The notes under the pieces: model-generated
The model's input: only the letters and a program-made list of their open reading frames with translations
What the model was told of the DNA's origin: nothing
The model's database searches: none
In this document: one piece after another, positions 13,519 through 27,324 of the stretch
Layout: the number at the start of each line of letters is the position of its first letter
How positions within the stretch are numbered: the stretch's first letter is position 1
Assembly (NCBI RefSeq): GCF_000004825.1
Contig: NW_008805103.1
Coordinates: 55,941 to 119,940 of the forward strand
From: Heterostelium pallidum
Taxonomy: Eukaryota
DNA length: 64,000 bases
Direction: 5' to 3'
Made by a program: the position numbers and the translations under genes

Positions 13519-14113
13519 ATGAATATTGATAAGATATTTAAATTAGCTAAGGGATTCTATGGAAGATCAAAGAATTGTAAATCATTGGCAAGAGAAAGAG
13601 TAGAGAAGAGTTTAGAGTACAACTACGTCTCAAGACGTCTCGTCAAGAGAGATATGAGATCAATGTGGATTCAACGTATCAATGCCGGTGCAAGACAACA
13701 CGATTTAACTTATAACGCATTCACCAGAGGAATGGTTGCCTCAAATATTCAAATAAATAGAAAGGTAAACATAAATAATCATCATGTCAATCAATTATCA
13801 TGATTTCAAACAAATTTACAATAGAAATAATAATATCAATAACAACGGTGCATCAAAGAATGAATCAATATTAATGTTGATTTAGGATATACTATATTAT
13901 GACAACAAAATAGCACACACATTAAACTTTTTATATAAATATAAATTTTGTATATTAATACTATTATTATGATCGGCTTTGACCAAAATAAAAATGTTAT
14001 AGATTCTATCAGAGTTGGCAATCACAGAACCATATAGTTTTAAAGCATTAACAGATTACGCTAAAGTTACACTCTCTAAATTACATGGAACATCTTATAT
14101 CCCAAAACAATAA
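13519..14113 (+). CDS. mrpl20: Mitochondrial ribosomal protein L20 (bL20m). Two exons at 13519..13764 and 14003..14113.
   Basis: The N-terminus MNIDKIFKLAKGFYGRSKNCKSLARERVEKSLEYNYVSRRLVKRDMRSMWIQRINAGARQHDLTYNAFTRGMVASNIQINRK matches bacterial-type L20 (KGYYGARS...RRxxKRxFRxLWIxRINAA). The second exon reads ILSELAITEPYSFKALTDYAKV... after a GTAAAC..AG intron. Confidence 0.85.
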
Positions 14114-14221
14114 ATATAGTAATAATATATAAATAAACAAATACAAATTAATCATAATAGTTAAGACAATGACAAAATTAGTTCTATTGTTAAACAGCAG
14201 TAATATTACAGCGGAATCAAA

Positions 14222-14252
<31 letters not shown>

Positions 14253-14403
14253 TAATAATTATGATATACGATATCGTATTTTGGTTTATTATATAATGTA
14301 GGGTTTTTTTGTTATAACTTTATAATATAAAGTTATTTAATGCGTTTATATATATGTATATGACTCGAATGAATATATTAAAAAAAATTACTAATTTTTT
14401 TTT

Positions 14404-17400
14404 TTATGGTGAATTTGAACCGATTTGTTTCATTTTCATTTCTTGTCGATATTTCCTGTTGGCTATTGATTTACGTATACCAATGACCGATGCAACGATG
14501 ATGGCGCAACCACCGATAACACATACAACGATGATAGTTATATTACGCCAGCGATTGTCCTTACCGGAGCAGCTCTGTGTGTCTTTGGTGTTGATCAACG
14601 TTCTGAACGATGGATCGACTACACAACGGTGCTCGAATGCCGGTGACACGACTGCTGTCATCTGAGTGAATAGAGATTGGTTGCCTTTGTTGGCTGCTTG
14701 CATCAGTGGATCGCTCATATCCAGTGGGGTTACGGTGGCAACTTGAACACGATTGTCTACGATGAGACCGTTGGCAAACTTTGCCTGGAGTACAGAGTCA
14801 CCTGCAATCACCTGGAATTCATTGTATCCATTGGTTGCGGTAGAATCTTGAGTGCTACATCCTACCTCTGTTGATTTTGGCGCGGTGGCACTGAATATAA
14901 TCTGTAGGGAATTGAGCGGACTGGCAAATGTCCAGTTTCGCATGGCAACGACATATTTGAGTGTATTGGCGGGAATATCAATGGTTTGACCGGCAAATTC
15001 AATGGTTGTAGATTGCAAGTAGAGCGTAACATTTACAGAGATAACGGATTTTGATACATTTCCAAATGTACCTTCTAGTTGTTGATGTGTCTTGTTAGAT
15101 GTTTCCAAGAGTGTCCAGTTGGCAACAACCATTGGAAGGGTTGTTTCGATCAATGGCACACTCTTGTCGTCAATCTCACGAATATGAGTGATGGCCGAGG
15201 TGAAATTGAATCCCTTGCCGTTGAGGCTACCGGTACCGTTGGTTCCAGGAGTTGGGGGACCACCGGTATCTCCTTGCGACGAGCAGTTGTTGTAAAGCTC
15301 CCAGCCCTTATCGCATTTACACTGACCTTTGATGCAAACTCCATGATTGGAACAATTGTTTGGACACTCTGGGAAATCGTATCTAAAGACGTTGGCTCCT
15401 CCCGTCAATCCATTGACTGTGACATTTACGAAAAGACCATCTGGACTGTTGAATCCATCGACAGTTCCAGTGAAATTACAAACAATTTGTTCGCCGACCA
15501 CATCGGATACCGGGTTGAGACAAGATTGGTTGTGAATCTTTACGGAGAGATAATAGTTACCAAAGTAAGATCCAGTAATAGTTACAAATCCACCCTTGAG
15601 ATACTTTACTGTTGTGGCATTGGTAACAACTGGTGCAGAGTAACCAAAGTTGTATGGTGTTTGAGCACTATTGTTGGTGGCTGCATCAAGTGAGATACTT
15701 GCAACATCAGTTATGTTTCCAGGTGCCATTACACATGTGAATTGCTTGTGTTGAACACTCATTGAAACACCAGTGCATTGGTTGGGACCGACTTTGAGTG
15801 TAATTATAGTGTCATTAATATAGAAATTGGTACCAGTGACTGTTACTAAACCACCTGCTGCGCCGATTGGTGTCATCGATGTAATTACTGGTCTTTCATA
15901 ATCAAGAATATAATTGATCGATTGTTTTAAACCGATGGTGATTCTGGAATTTCTGGAACCAAAAGAAACTGGAGCATCACAACGAATTTGATAGTAATCT
16001 TGCAAGACTTGGCAACTAGTACATTGGAACCAATCGCTACCGATTTGTACCTCCATCTTGATATTTTGAATTTTGTCGGTAAAGTTGGTTCCCGATACTA
16101 CTAATCCAAGACCATCGGTTGCCAATGGGCTGGTATTTAAAATATTCGGCGAGAAATAATCTATGGTTAAAGATGATCCAGTATTATTCAATCCATATTG
16201 GTTGATTGTTGCATCGAATGGTCCATTAATACCTGGTGGAATATTGAATCCAATGGTTTGGGTGTCATAGTCAATGTAGGTATTTGGATAACTATTTCCA
16301 TCACTCAACATCATCTTGATATTACTGAAAGTGGTACCAAGATTCTGAACTGTCAATTGTACAAACTGACCTGTGGTGGAAACTAAAATAATTGTTGGTT
16401 GAGTAATATTAACTTGTTGACCTATATTTATAAAGAGAATATTAGCCAAGTTTTTATTTTAATAGAACATATATCTAATACTTACTAACTGCTTTAAATG
16501 ATGTGAATGCTGAACCAGAGGTTATGTCTGGAGAAATAATTTCGCTAGCAACTCCACTTCTAAGACTGAATTGTACACCTGAAGCATTATAATATGAAGT
16601 CAGAGGAGAAGAAGTCCAGAATGAAGTTTCTTTTCCATAGTTTGGTCCGTGAATGGTATAGTATTTGTTGGTTGTTTCATTAAAGATGGCATTCATCCAT
16701 AAATCGCCTAAAGGTTGAACTACTGCATTTTCAATAATGTATCCACATCCACTCTTTAGGAAATTATATTGGGCTGAAGAAGATACAATACCAAGAACTC
16801 CAGGCATTCCTTCAACTTTTTGTGAATTTATATACTCAACGGTTTGACTAATACTTGTTTTCGAATAAAAACAAGTATAAAATGAACTGTCACTATTATA
16901 AACTATTAAAACAATGTTAATAAATATCAGATTTTTTTTTCTATCTACTAGTATGGGATACATACAAAATGGTGCTTTTGTGTAAGCAGCTCCAAAACTA
17001 TTTACACTAATGGAAACCGGGAAAAGTCCTTGGGTGACATCTTTGGTAAGTGTACATTGAAAAGCGGTTCCTTCCTTCAAAATTTGAATTTTGTTACAAG
17101 CAACATTTGGAGGTAAGGAGACTTGAATCTTGGCTGGATTATTTCCAAATCCATTTCCAGTGATCGTTAAATTTGAGTTTTGTGTGAATCCTTTGGGATA
17201 CAAAGTGGCAACGTATGGTGGAAGGTACTGGTATAGAGATGCTCCATTGTATTCTCCATCGACGAAAACAACATTATAGAGACTACTCTCTCCAGGTGGC
17301 ATAATGCAAGTGATTCTATTGGGATTTGTAAGGTAGGTTGGATTAGCACACTCAAATGTTGGACCTCCGGATACTTTGGAAAGTGTAATAGTTAAGTTGC

Positions 17401-18105
17401 TAGGTTCATATCCTATAGGGAATTGATCGTTGACCAAAACCGTTGTTAAACCTCCAGAAATTGGACTAGGTTGCAAGAATGGCTCGTACTGATTATAATT
17501 CTTCTCGCATATATATTGAATTCTTCTGGTGTCTGTACCGACATTATTGAAACAAGTTCCTTCGCTGAAATATTCGATGGCTGGTTCTCCTCCTCCAACA
17601 CCTGGTTCTCCAGTACACCAATTAATGTATCCAAAGGTCTTATCTCCGGCTACTGTGTACATTTGTGCGTCTTTCTCTGGTCCAGTTGAATAAATCCAAT
17701 TTCCAATTGGTTTTTCTTGTCCTATTTATTATTTATAGAAATTAATTCTATGTCCCTCATCAAAAATTAAAAATTAACGAATATTTACCTGAAACCCACA
17801 TTCTATTTGAAACAACTCCTGGGAAATTGTCATACAAGAATTTATACTCGGCCAAACTAGTAATAGTAACTAAATATCTGGTTTATCATTATAAGTATAA
17901 TGGAAAAATTTTAGATCAATTTATTCTATTAAAAAAATACATACCCTTGAGCTGAAGCACAATTTTGAACTGCTACACTATAAATGACAGTACTATCATA
18001 ATATATATATGTATGTTTATTTTGTGCCCAAGTTTTTGTTACTGTTTGGCAAAAAGAAACTGATATGATTAAGAAAAAGAAATACAATGTGATAAAGTAT
18101 TTCAT
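14404..18105 (-). CDS. Large type-I membrane glycoprotein with IPT/TIG domains, one EGF-like domain, a single TM helix and a short cytoplasmic tail. It resembles the Tgr (Tiger) family. Four exons at about 18105..17945, about 17884..17799, about 17731..16484 and about 16448..14404.
   Basis: The signal peptide is MKYFITLYFFFLIISVSFC. Repeated units of the form ...PVITSMTPIGAAGGLVTVTGTNF...KVGPNQCTGVSMSVQHKQFTCVMAPG are IPT/TIG-like. CPNNCSNHGVCIKGQCKCDKGWELYNNC is an EGF domain. The TM helix ITIIVVCVIGGCAIIVASVIGI is followed by the tail RKSIANRKYRQEMKMKQIGSNSP*. There are many N-glycosylation sequons. The exon joins keep phase (GTATGT and GTAAGT donors). Confidence 0.65.
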
Positions 18106-20380
18106 TTTTACAATATTTTTAATATTATACAATGTAAACTTGTGAAATGTTTTTTTGAAAAAATAAAAGGTATTCAACTTCAAATGAAGTTGATGACTAA
18201 ATTATTAATTATCTATAAATATTATATGATTGTAAAAGTGTAAAAAAAACTATTATTTGTTAGATCTCAAAAGTTCGAAATAAAAAAATGATTAAGGAAT
18301 AGGTAAAAAAAAATGGCATTGTTGTAATTTACAATTGTGACTCTGATGAAATCAAAAAGACATCCTATCCTATAGGATGTGTGGGAGATTTGAGTGTCGC
18401 CAACAATTGGATCAAAGATGATCTCTCAAAGTGTTGGTATGGGTACTTTAATTTAAAAAAGTTAAATGCTTATCTTTTAGTAATACAAGAAATTATTATA
18501 GAAACCATTTTTAATTCCTTTTTCAATCTCGATGTACATGTTCCAATTTCCAAAAAAATTCGCCATTAATATGGAGGGCGCCCCTCGGAAATGAGGTGCG
18601 GGAGTGTGTTTGTTGAAAGAAAAAAAAAGCTTTTGATAAAAAGCCTAAAAAAAAAAAAAGTTTCCAGATATTTTTAAATATTAAGTTTTTTTCGTTTGAT
18701 TTTAGCCCAAAAATATATAAAAATTCCCATTACTTTGTTGCGGTTTGCGATGGATTGAATTTTGTTTTGAATCAAACAACTTGTAGAACCACCGTTTTTA
18801 CGGTACAAAGGCATTTTGATTAATCACAACAATGAAAAGCTTGCGGGTGTCATCTGTGGAACTGGTTTTTGGTTTTTGTTTTTTTTTTTTGTTTTATTTT
18901 TGAACTTTTTAAAAAAATTAACCAAATGCCGTTCAAATCTTGATCTTTGAAGGTTTTTAATTTTCTGTGACACAGTATCATTCTCATTAACGTCATCACT
19001 CAATTCTTCATTGTTGCAACAAAAAAATACATTCTTGAAAATCGTATTACTATAAAAATACAACTAAATTTGTCAACAACACTTCCGAGAATAATAAAAT
19101 TGGTGAAGGAACATGTTGTTCAAAAGGCCTCATCACCATTTATTAGATTCCATCTATTTCGCCTCTACCAATTTGATGACGTCTATGAAATCCTGGTTGT
19201 AAAAAAAAACATTACCGCAAGTTGTAAATATAACTTAAGATAGACAATCATATATCTTTACTTTTTGAGCATGCATGTACCAAAGATATATAATTCCGAC
19301 ATAATTTCTTTCGAAATCCCACAATACAAATAAAATATTAAACAAAAACACAAAAATTTAATTCCAATGGGACACCACCTGTTTCACTATGATCTATGAT
19401 GATCATCAACAATAATATTTATTTATCAAAAAAAAAACAAAAAAAATCACTGATTCTAATTTTTTAGATTGTTGTGATTTGTTTTTGTAAATAATATTCT
19501 TCTTCTTTTTCTTTGTATTTTTATTTTATCCAATCATAAATTTTAAACATATTAAGATTAAGTTTGTTCTTTTCAGCTGAAAAGAAAGAAACCTTACTTT
19601 TTTTTTTCTATTTTTTATTAAAAGGGAACTTCGAAATTCTATAGTATAAAACTGGCTACTCTTACTTTTTTTAAAAAACAATTTTTTCTTTGTACAGATA
19701 AACATAATGAAAGTAAAGTAATAGTTGTTATAGTTTTTTTAAATGTTGTTGATCACCTATTTATGATTGAAATATAATTCAGCAAGATACTTTGTTTATA
19801 AAATCAACAACTAACAAACTAGTTCTTATTATTAAAAAGAACAACAATGATTATTATAATAAAAAAAGGGTTTCCAAAGCAAAAAGATTTTGCGGAGGAT
19901 AATTTTTCATTTTTTTTTTTTTTAAAATTAAAACTAAAATTGGTTTTTGGATGCCTATCATCGCCCTTGGTATCGACTGATTATTAAATAATCAATTTTA
20001 TGTTAACCAAACAGTATTTTTTTTAGTTTTTCTTTTTTTTTATTTTTTTTTTTTAATTTTTAAAATATTATATTATTTAATTATTATTTTTGACAAATAA
20101 TTAATTTGATCATTTTATTTACATCTCTGTAATATATAACTTTATAATCACCCTATAGATTTAATTGGTGATCAACATTTTATTTTTCACCCACCTTTTT
20201 AAAGCCACAAACACAACACATATCAACACCGCCACATCAAAATCAAACAAACCAAACATAGTAACGCAAAATTTTATTTTAAGCAATAGAGATAGAATAG
20301 CGAATTGTTAAATTATATATAGAGTTTTTGTTGTTGTAATAGTAATATATAAAAAAGATTTTTTTTAAGAAAAGATAAAG

Positions 20381-23300
20381 ATGTCAAATGAATTTTCATC
20401 AGATCAATCATTTGGTATGTAAAAAGAAAGAAAAGAAAGGAAGGAAGGAAAGAGTTGAAAGGAAAATAGATAACTAAGCAAGATCAAGAAGAATACTTAT
20501 ACTTTTTAATCTATATAATATGATAATGATATATTAGCTCAACATCTTTTGGAGCAACTATCAGAGAATATCAGTCAGCTGATATTGATGGTTGTGATGC
20601 TGCAAGAGAGAAATGCAAATTTACCAGTCGAAGAAGTTGTAGGTGTCATTAGGAGAAGTGTAGATCGGATCATCATTGAGTAGTAACTAACATTTATTAA
20701 CTATAGTCTGCAGTCGCAAATGCATCTGCTTCAGTTGCAGAGATATCGGCAGCATTAGCAAATGAAGAGTATCAAGATTATCCAGATATAAAGAATGAGA
20801 TATTAGAAGCCTCAACAAGTATGTTTTTAAACACATAATAATTATAATAATCATAATCACAATATAGATATAAATCAATCGAAAGAACCAAAACGTTGAG
20901 TATTGGAATGCAGAGATAGATAGTAAACATATGTTCAATTCCATTCATTTCGAAATTGAAAAGACACTCAATCAACCACTATTCCATTTTTAATGATTTT
21001 CGGATTAAACTTGATTGATGTGATGTAAATTTTAAAATATATTAGATAAATAGATTTAAATAGCGCATGATGTATTTTTTTAAAAGCTTGGAATTAAATT
21101 AATAATGAATGGATGAAAGAAATAATACATATGTTTATCGATATATTGTTATGCTTTAAAAATAATAGCAAAGTATTCAATTTAATGACCAAAACTATAT
21201 ATTAATAACTATTACAATTGAAATCATAACAATAGGAATGGAAGTAACAAAAAAGAAAGCATTAGATTCAATTCAACAATTTTCCAGTCAAACCGATAAG
21301 AAGAAAGCATGGACCAGTGTATCAGAGAGTTGTCGCTCCATTGGAAATGAAACCATTAAAATTTTACATATTGTATATGGAGCTGAAATTAAAAGGTAAT
21401 TAATCTATATATTTGGCTTTTAAATTTCTTTTTAATTTATTAATTTATTATAAATATATTTAATTAGATTGTTAAAAAATGCAGAGATTGCAAGATTGGC
21501 AGTGGAATCTATTAAAATACAACATCTTCAAGAGAATCCACAGGATTTCGCTGATAACGTATCAAACTCTGTATCAAAGATATTTCAATTTGCATCGTAT
21601 CTAAAGTTGAGAGCGAATGATGAGATTGCTCCATCGGTCAAGTCAGAGCTCATTAGAAAAGCAGACAAATTGGTGGAGATTGGAAATAACCTTATTGGTG
21701 CGACCAACGATTACTTGGGTTCCGAACAAGCAGAGACAGGAGTAGTCGATCCATCGACTGAACGTCTTCTCAATCAATACTTGGCGGACATGCATACCGT
21801 CATCAAGAGCAGTGAACAAGATATCAATGAAATTGCATCAAAGAATATAATGAATTTAATTACAACTACTTCATCGCCATCAAACAACAACAGCAATAAT
21901 AACAATAATCAAATTATTTCAAATGCAATTAAAGAAAGAGATGCAATTTTAGATGAAATATTTAAGGCTACTTCTAAAGCTGTTACGGAATTGTTGGCGG
22001 CTGGATATAAGGGTGACAGTTCAAGTGTCCGTGTTATATCTTCGTCGTTGGACACTTTGGCTGGAATCTTGTCGTCGAAACTCAAGACTTTGCCAGCTGA
22101 GCAGCAACAAGCATTCGCTCAAATTCTGGAGAGACTTTTGCCAGCCACTGCCAAGTATATATCAGTAATCGGAGACATCGTCGACAACCCAGGAAATACA
22201 CAGATGCTAACCAAAGTGAATGAACCATTGGACGACCTACAGGACATTCTCCATCAGTTGGTAGGTGCCATCGGCAGCAGGGAGCAACAGCTCCTCAATA
22301 TAATCCGTTCGAAACAAGATTGTTTGGCTATTCTGGCGGGTGCCAACGATCCAAGTGTTATTGTTGGAACTCTCAAGGCACTGACCAGAAATCACAATAA
22401 AATGGAGCAACTCGTCACCGCTTCCGATCCCCAAGAGATTAGCAATGCCGTCAAGCAACTCGCTGTGCTCCTACCACAACAAATTCAAGTGGCCAAGGTG
22501 TATCTTCGTGATCTCGGAAACAATGAAGTCCGTCAACAACTCCGTGATATAAACAGTGACATGTGTACTCCTCTTGCTCATATCGTTTCTCTGATGGATC
22601 CGACCATTGACAATGAAGCACGTGAAGCATACACCAAGGAGCATTGTTCCAGTGCCAAGATTATCGAGGCTGCCAAACGTGGAGATGCTCGTGCAGTCGA
22701 TGCCTTGGTTCGGGAGCTCGAACAGGTCGTTTCCAACCTGGTGTCGATCTCAACTTCCGAGACAACATTTGACCCAACCGCCAACAGCGCAGTGAGCGAA
22801 GTTTCGGAACAACTGATTTCGCATCTCGCCAAGCGTCGTGGTGTCGCTGCTCAACTCTGTAAGAATCCAAATAATCAACAGATTCAAATGGAGTTGGAAC
22901 TTTTAAACGACAAAATCGGACAGTTGACACTTGCCGTGTCAGAGTCGGTGTCGTCGGACATTGGCGTCTTGCTCCACAAGCTGTACGACGCCAGTCGCGA
23001 TGGACAACTTGCAAAAGTTGAAGCATTCATGAAAGAGATTAGCAATAAGACATCGATTCCAATCCACACTGTAAATACACAAGAATCCATCAAGAAGGAT
23101 TTGCATCTCTACAAGATGTTCAACGGACTTGCAAGCGACCTGACAAGTTTCGTCGGACTACTCTCCAAAGAAACAAAAGGACTACAGCCAAACAAGGTGA
23201 ATGAAACCGATAGACTAGAGTATTTAGGTGGACAAATTAAGGGTAGATTCAATGAGTTGACGCAACAATTGAAACAACACCAAAACGAGCAACAACTGAA

Positions 23301-26300
23301 GCGTCTCTCGAGTATCTCTAGCAACAGCAACGAATCAACTACTTCCTCCTATGAAGACGATACGCTAACCGAGGAGGAGCCAACAGAGAAGAAGATTCTC
23401 CAGTTGTTTGGCGAGTTGATGCAACACATCAGAAAGTCAGAGGCAAACAAGTCAGTATCAACTCTCAAGGCGATGATCAGCGAGCAGGAGAAACTCATTA
23501 GTAAAGCCAACGACTTGATGCTCAAGACCATGAGTCCACACTTTAAAGCACAGATTGAATCGAGTATCTCATTGTTTAAGAATTCCATTTCTCTGGCAAT
23601 CTCAACTGCTGGTAAAGTTGCCAAATCCTCTTCACCCGTACCTTTCAATGCCACTGCATCTTCTTCCGAGGACATCCTCAACAAATGTATTAGAACAGTG
23701 AAGCGATCGATTGTTGAACTCGGTCATCTGTTGAAATTCAATTCTCACATCGAGGTGGTTGCCGCCTATCTCTTCTTGACTGGCGCCAGCAGTGTTTCCG
23801 ATCCAAATGTACAGCGTGCACTCCGACACTTTAAGGAGTTTGCCATCCACTTTAAGAGCACACCCAAAGTAACCGATCTTCTCAGTAAGATTGACCACTT
23901 TACACTCTCACCAACTTCGCTCGATGCCATGTTTGAAATCCTCTTGCTATGCCAATCTATTGTGCAAGGTGCATCCGCACACCAAACCAATTCTCGTTAC
24001 CACATCCTCACTGCTTTTGAAATGGAGAAGTTTGATTCCATCTCTGGTTCCATTCACAATATCGTTGAGCATCAGACCGATCTTATCAAACAGGCATCCG
24101 ATTACTTGGCAACCATCCAGCCTACCAAGTTGGATGATGCAACACGTCGTTTGTTGGCTGCAAGTTTGCGAACCGTCCAAGAATCACTATCGCAGCAAGT
24201 GGAAGCAACAATAATGGTTGTAGATCGTCAGCCAAATGCACTGGACAAGTTGATCACTGTTCACGATGTCATTCGTGAATCCGTAGAGAATGCTGCCAGT
24301 GCCATATTCAACGCTTATCAACCACAAATTGAAGTGGAAGGTTTGATTAGTCAATCGATATCCGGATTCATTCCAACCCTATCACTCAACACCTCAAAGG
24401 CAATCTCAACCGGTAACAACGCCAACAGCATCCAACAGAAACAACTCGATCAACTAGTTTCTACCATTGTCGAACCTCTCGAACAACTGGAAGTAAGCAG
24501 ATCTGCTCAACAACGCAATCAAGATGCGACACAAGAAAGAATTCCAGCTTTGGTGAGAGAGGAGAAGGATTTGATTAACAAACTACTGTCGTATCTCGTT
24601 GACACTGACACTCAGGGAATTGTAGATACTTCTAGAGCACTTGTAAAGTGTCATCACGAGTTACTTTCAGTTGCAGAGAGTTCCGCTAAAGACGATGTCA
24701 AGGAAGCAATCAAAGAGACATGTCACGAACTCACACAACTCATTCCACAACAACTCTCAACTATTAAGCAAGCATTGCAATCAAACAACGACCAGATTGA
24801 ATCACAACTCCAGCATAAATCCAATCACATTGCCAACCAAATCAAACGTAATATCAACCTGCTACAAGAGTTGACTGTACCTTCATTCGGTGCCAAGTTG
24901 GCCAGTGGAAATTTCCGTGCATTTGGCTCCAAACCGCTTGGTGTTGGCGAACAAATGAAACAACAGACCGTCCAGTTGAGATCGACAGGTCAATCGGCAA
25001 TCGATTGTGCATCGCGAGATTTACCAATGATCATCGATCCAGAGCGTCAACAACGTATCAGAGATGCAATCAAAGACTTGGAGAATCGTCTAAAGAACAA
25101 AGCCAACGGACAATGTCTGGATGCATCGATCAGTAGCTTGTTGAATCAGCCAAACGATAAGGATGCTCTTGCCCAATATGAAAGTTCCAAACAGTCCGTA
25201 CAGGAATCCATTGATAATCTAATGAACGAACTATCCTCTACATCACAACAGCTACTGGTTACTCAACAACAGAATATCCATTCACTCTCGATTCATGCAG
25301 TTCGTGGTAGTTTCAACAAGTTGATCGAATCCTCAAAAGCAATTCTCAATCACCAACAGAAATTGAAACAACAGATTCAGAAGGATCTACAACAGATTCA
25401 AGACCCAACCAAGAAACACCATATCTTTGTGTCGCTAGGTGAGATTGATTTGTTGATTCCAGAGATTATCAAGGCATCGAAGGATCTTACATTCAACCCA
25501 ACCGATCATAAAAAGAGAGAGACACTCGAGATGCTACAGACCAAGATGGAGTCACCCATTTCCACTATCCTCTACGAGTTGAACTCATCGAGAGCCAATC
25601 TCTTTGACCAACTGGTAAAGAGTCATCAGTCCACCCTCGTAAAGTTGGATGACGCCATCAAGAGCAACAAACGTGACGACGCTGACACTCATCTCAAATC
25701 GTTGGAGGTCATTGAAGGAAAGCTTGTTACTCAACTCGAAAAGGATCAATCCTCTCAAATTGAATCGGTTCTACAAGAGCAACTTAAAGAGGTAACCAGA
25801 GTATCAAAGGAATGTCTTCAGCAACAACAACAGCAACCAAATGCAGCATTGGAAGTTGAGAAAGACTATCGTATCTTCAACTTGATGTTGACTGTAAGCA
25901 GTCTTGTTCTCAGTCAATCGATTGCCAGCAACGCTATCCCAGCCAATACACTCGGTGATTCGAACGACCAAATCAAGAACATCCTAAACTCTGTAAAATC
26001 CAACAACGTTCTCAATCTCACCAAGAATCCAGAGAAAGTTCAAAAATATGTTTCCATTCAGAATGGCGGTGTTGCTCAGCCACTTCCAATGTCACCAAGA
26101 ACCGGAAGTGTCTCTTCGTCCAGACCACAGAGCATGCAAATCAATCAAATTTCCAAAACTAAACAACCACTTAAACTTTCAGGATCAAATAATAATAATA
26201 TAAGTAGTAATAATAATAATAATAATAGTGGAAGATTAGAAGATTCAGTTATAAATGTTGCAAATAAGATTGGTGTTAATGGAATGGAACAAATGAAAAA

Positions 26301-26673
26301 GATTTCCAAAGAACTATCGCAATATGCAGCTCATATCAAGGCAAACGAGAGACCACAGATGATTCAAAGTGGTAGAACTATTGCAACACTGTTGAATGAA
26401 CTCTGCACAGAGATCACCAACATTGCCAAGACCTGTAACGTCCCACATCTACAAACCAAACTCTATCAGAGCGTCAATGCACTAAAGACTATTGGTTGCC
26501 AAATAAAGATTCTCTCTGGTGTCAAAGCTGCATCCGACGGACAAGATCCAGACTCTGACTCTCAACTCTCCTCATTGATATCTGCACTAGGAAATAATCT
26601 ACAAGATATCAATAATTGTATAAACACAACAAATACTATAAATCATAATAGTAATAATGGAAGATTAAAATAA
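20381..26673 (+). CDS. Giant vinculin/alpha-catenin-family protein, about 1870 aa. Five exons at 20381..20414, 20538..about 20639, about 20707..20818, about 21234..21394 and about 21466..26673.
   Basis: The N-terminal exons read AQHLLEQLSENISQLILMVVMLQE... and SAVANASASVAEISAALANEEYQDYPDIKNEILEAS, matching the vinculin/alpha-catenin N-terminus ([20 protein letters not shown] / LLEPLVTQVTTLV). The C-terminal GRTIATLLNELCTEITNIAKTCNVPHLQTKLYQSVNALKTIGCQIKILSGVKA...DSQLSSLISALGNNLQDIN aligns with the alpha-catenin/vinculin tail (LGRTIADHCPD...LAYLQRIALYCHQLNICSKVKA...DSAMSLIQAAKNLMNAV). The last exon is a 1734-aa all-helical ORF. Confidence 0.6.
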
Positions 26674-26793
26674 ATAAACAAATAATATATATAAAACATT
26701 ACTAGAATAAATTATATAGTTTATTAAAAATTAAATATTATTATTATTGTGTTTGTTTGTTGTTTGTGTTTTTTTCACTTTTTTATTTTTATT

Positions 26794-27324
26794 TTATACA
26801 TGAGATGCTAAACAATGATTTAATTCTTTTTCAATACGATCTTTGTTTGCCCAATAACTGGCACTTGTTCGACTTCCCAATGCTTCATAGTCTGGTTTGT
26901 AGTTTCTCATTACAACTTCGAGTTCTTTCTTGCAATATTTCTTTGCGTCCAAAAGTTTTTGGTGACCGAATTTTGTCTCCCAATAGAGGTGGCTCAATCC
27001 TTCATACTCTGTCATTGTGCTCGGTTTGTTTGGTCTGTTCATAACTTTATTCTTGGTGTCAAACGGTATCAATGACTCTGTTATCTTGTGTCCCTTGACA
27101 TCATTGATTCCCTTCTGTTGGATCCAAGAGAGCATCGATGAATCCATATGATTGAAAGCTGATAACACTATCAACGATAACAACACAGCCAAGACAGCTG
27201 GAAACAATGTTCTAAATGTTTCATTGAATGTTATTGTTTGTTGTTGTTGTATTGATCTCTTTGGGTAAATACCCGGACGAGATTTATCATAAACATGATG
27301 AGTTGTATGAGTTGTAGATGACAT
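26794..27324 (-). CDS. Hypothetical single-pass membrane protein, 176 aa, single exon.
   Basis: ORF MSSTTHTTHHVYDKSRPGIYPKRS...TLFPAVLAVLLSLIVLSAFNHM (a TM helix) ...LYWETKFGHQKLLDAKKYCKKELEVVMRNYKPDYEAL. Its composition is coding-like while the flanks are AT-rich. I do not recognise a family. Confidence 0.5.
   Translation of the reverse strand: MSSTTHTTHHVYDKSRPGIYPKRSIQQQQTITFNETFRTLFPAVLAVLLSLIVLSAFNHMDSSMLSWIQQKGINDVKGHKITESLIPFDTKNKVMNRPNKPSTMTEYEGLSHLYWETKFGHQKLLDAKKYCKKELEVVMRNYKPDYEALGSRTSASYWANKDRIEKELNHCLASHV

Noticed and set aside
14354-16386. Plus-strand ORFs of 62-204 aa (for example 15079..15693)
   Set aside because: They are the antisense of the IPT/TIG membrane protein's last exon. 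The minus frame carries the domain homology, the TM helix and the N-glycosylation sites.
22237-24214. Numerous 60-120 aa ORFs on both strands inside 21469..26673
   Set aside because: They are nested in the 1734-aa vinculin-family exon. Their alternative or antisense frames have no independent support.
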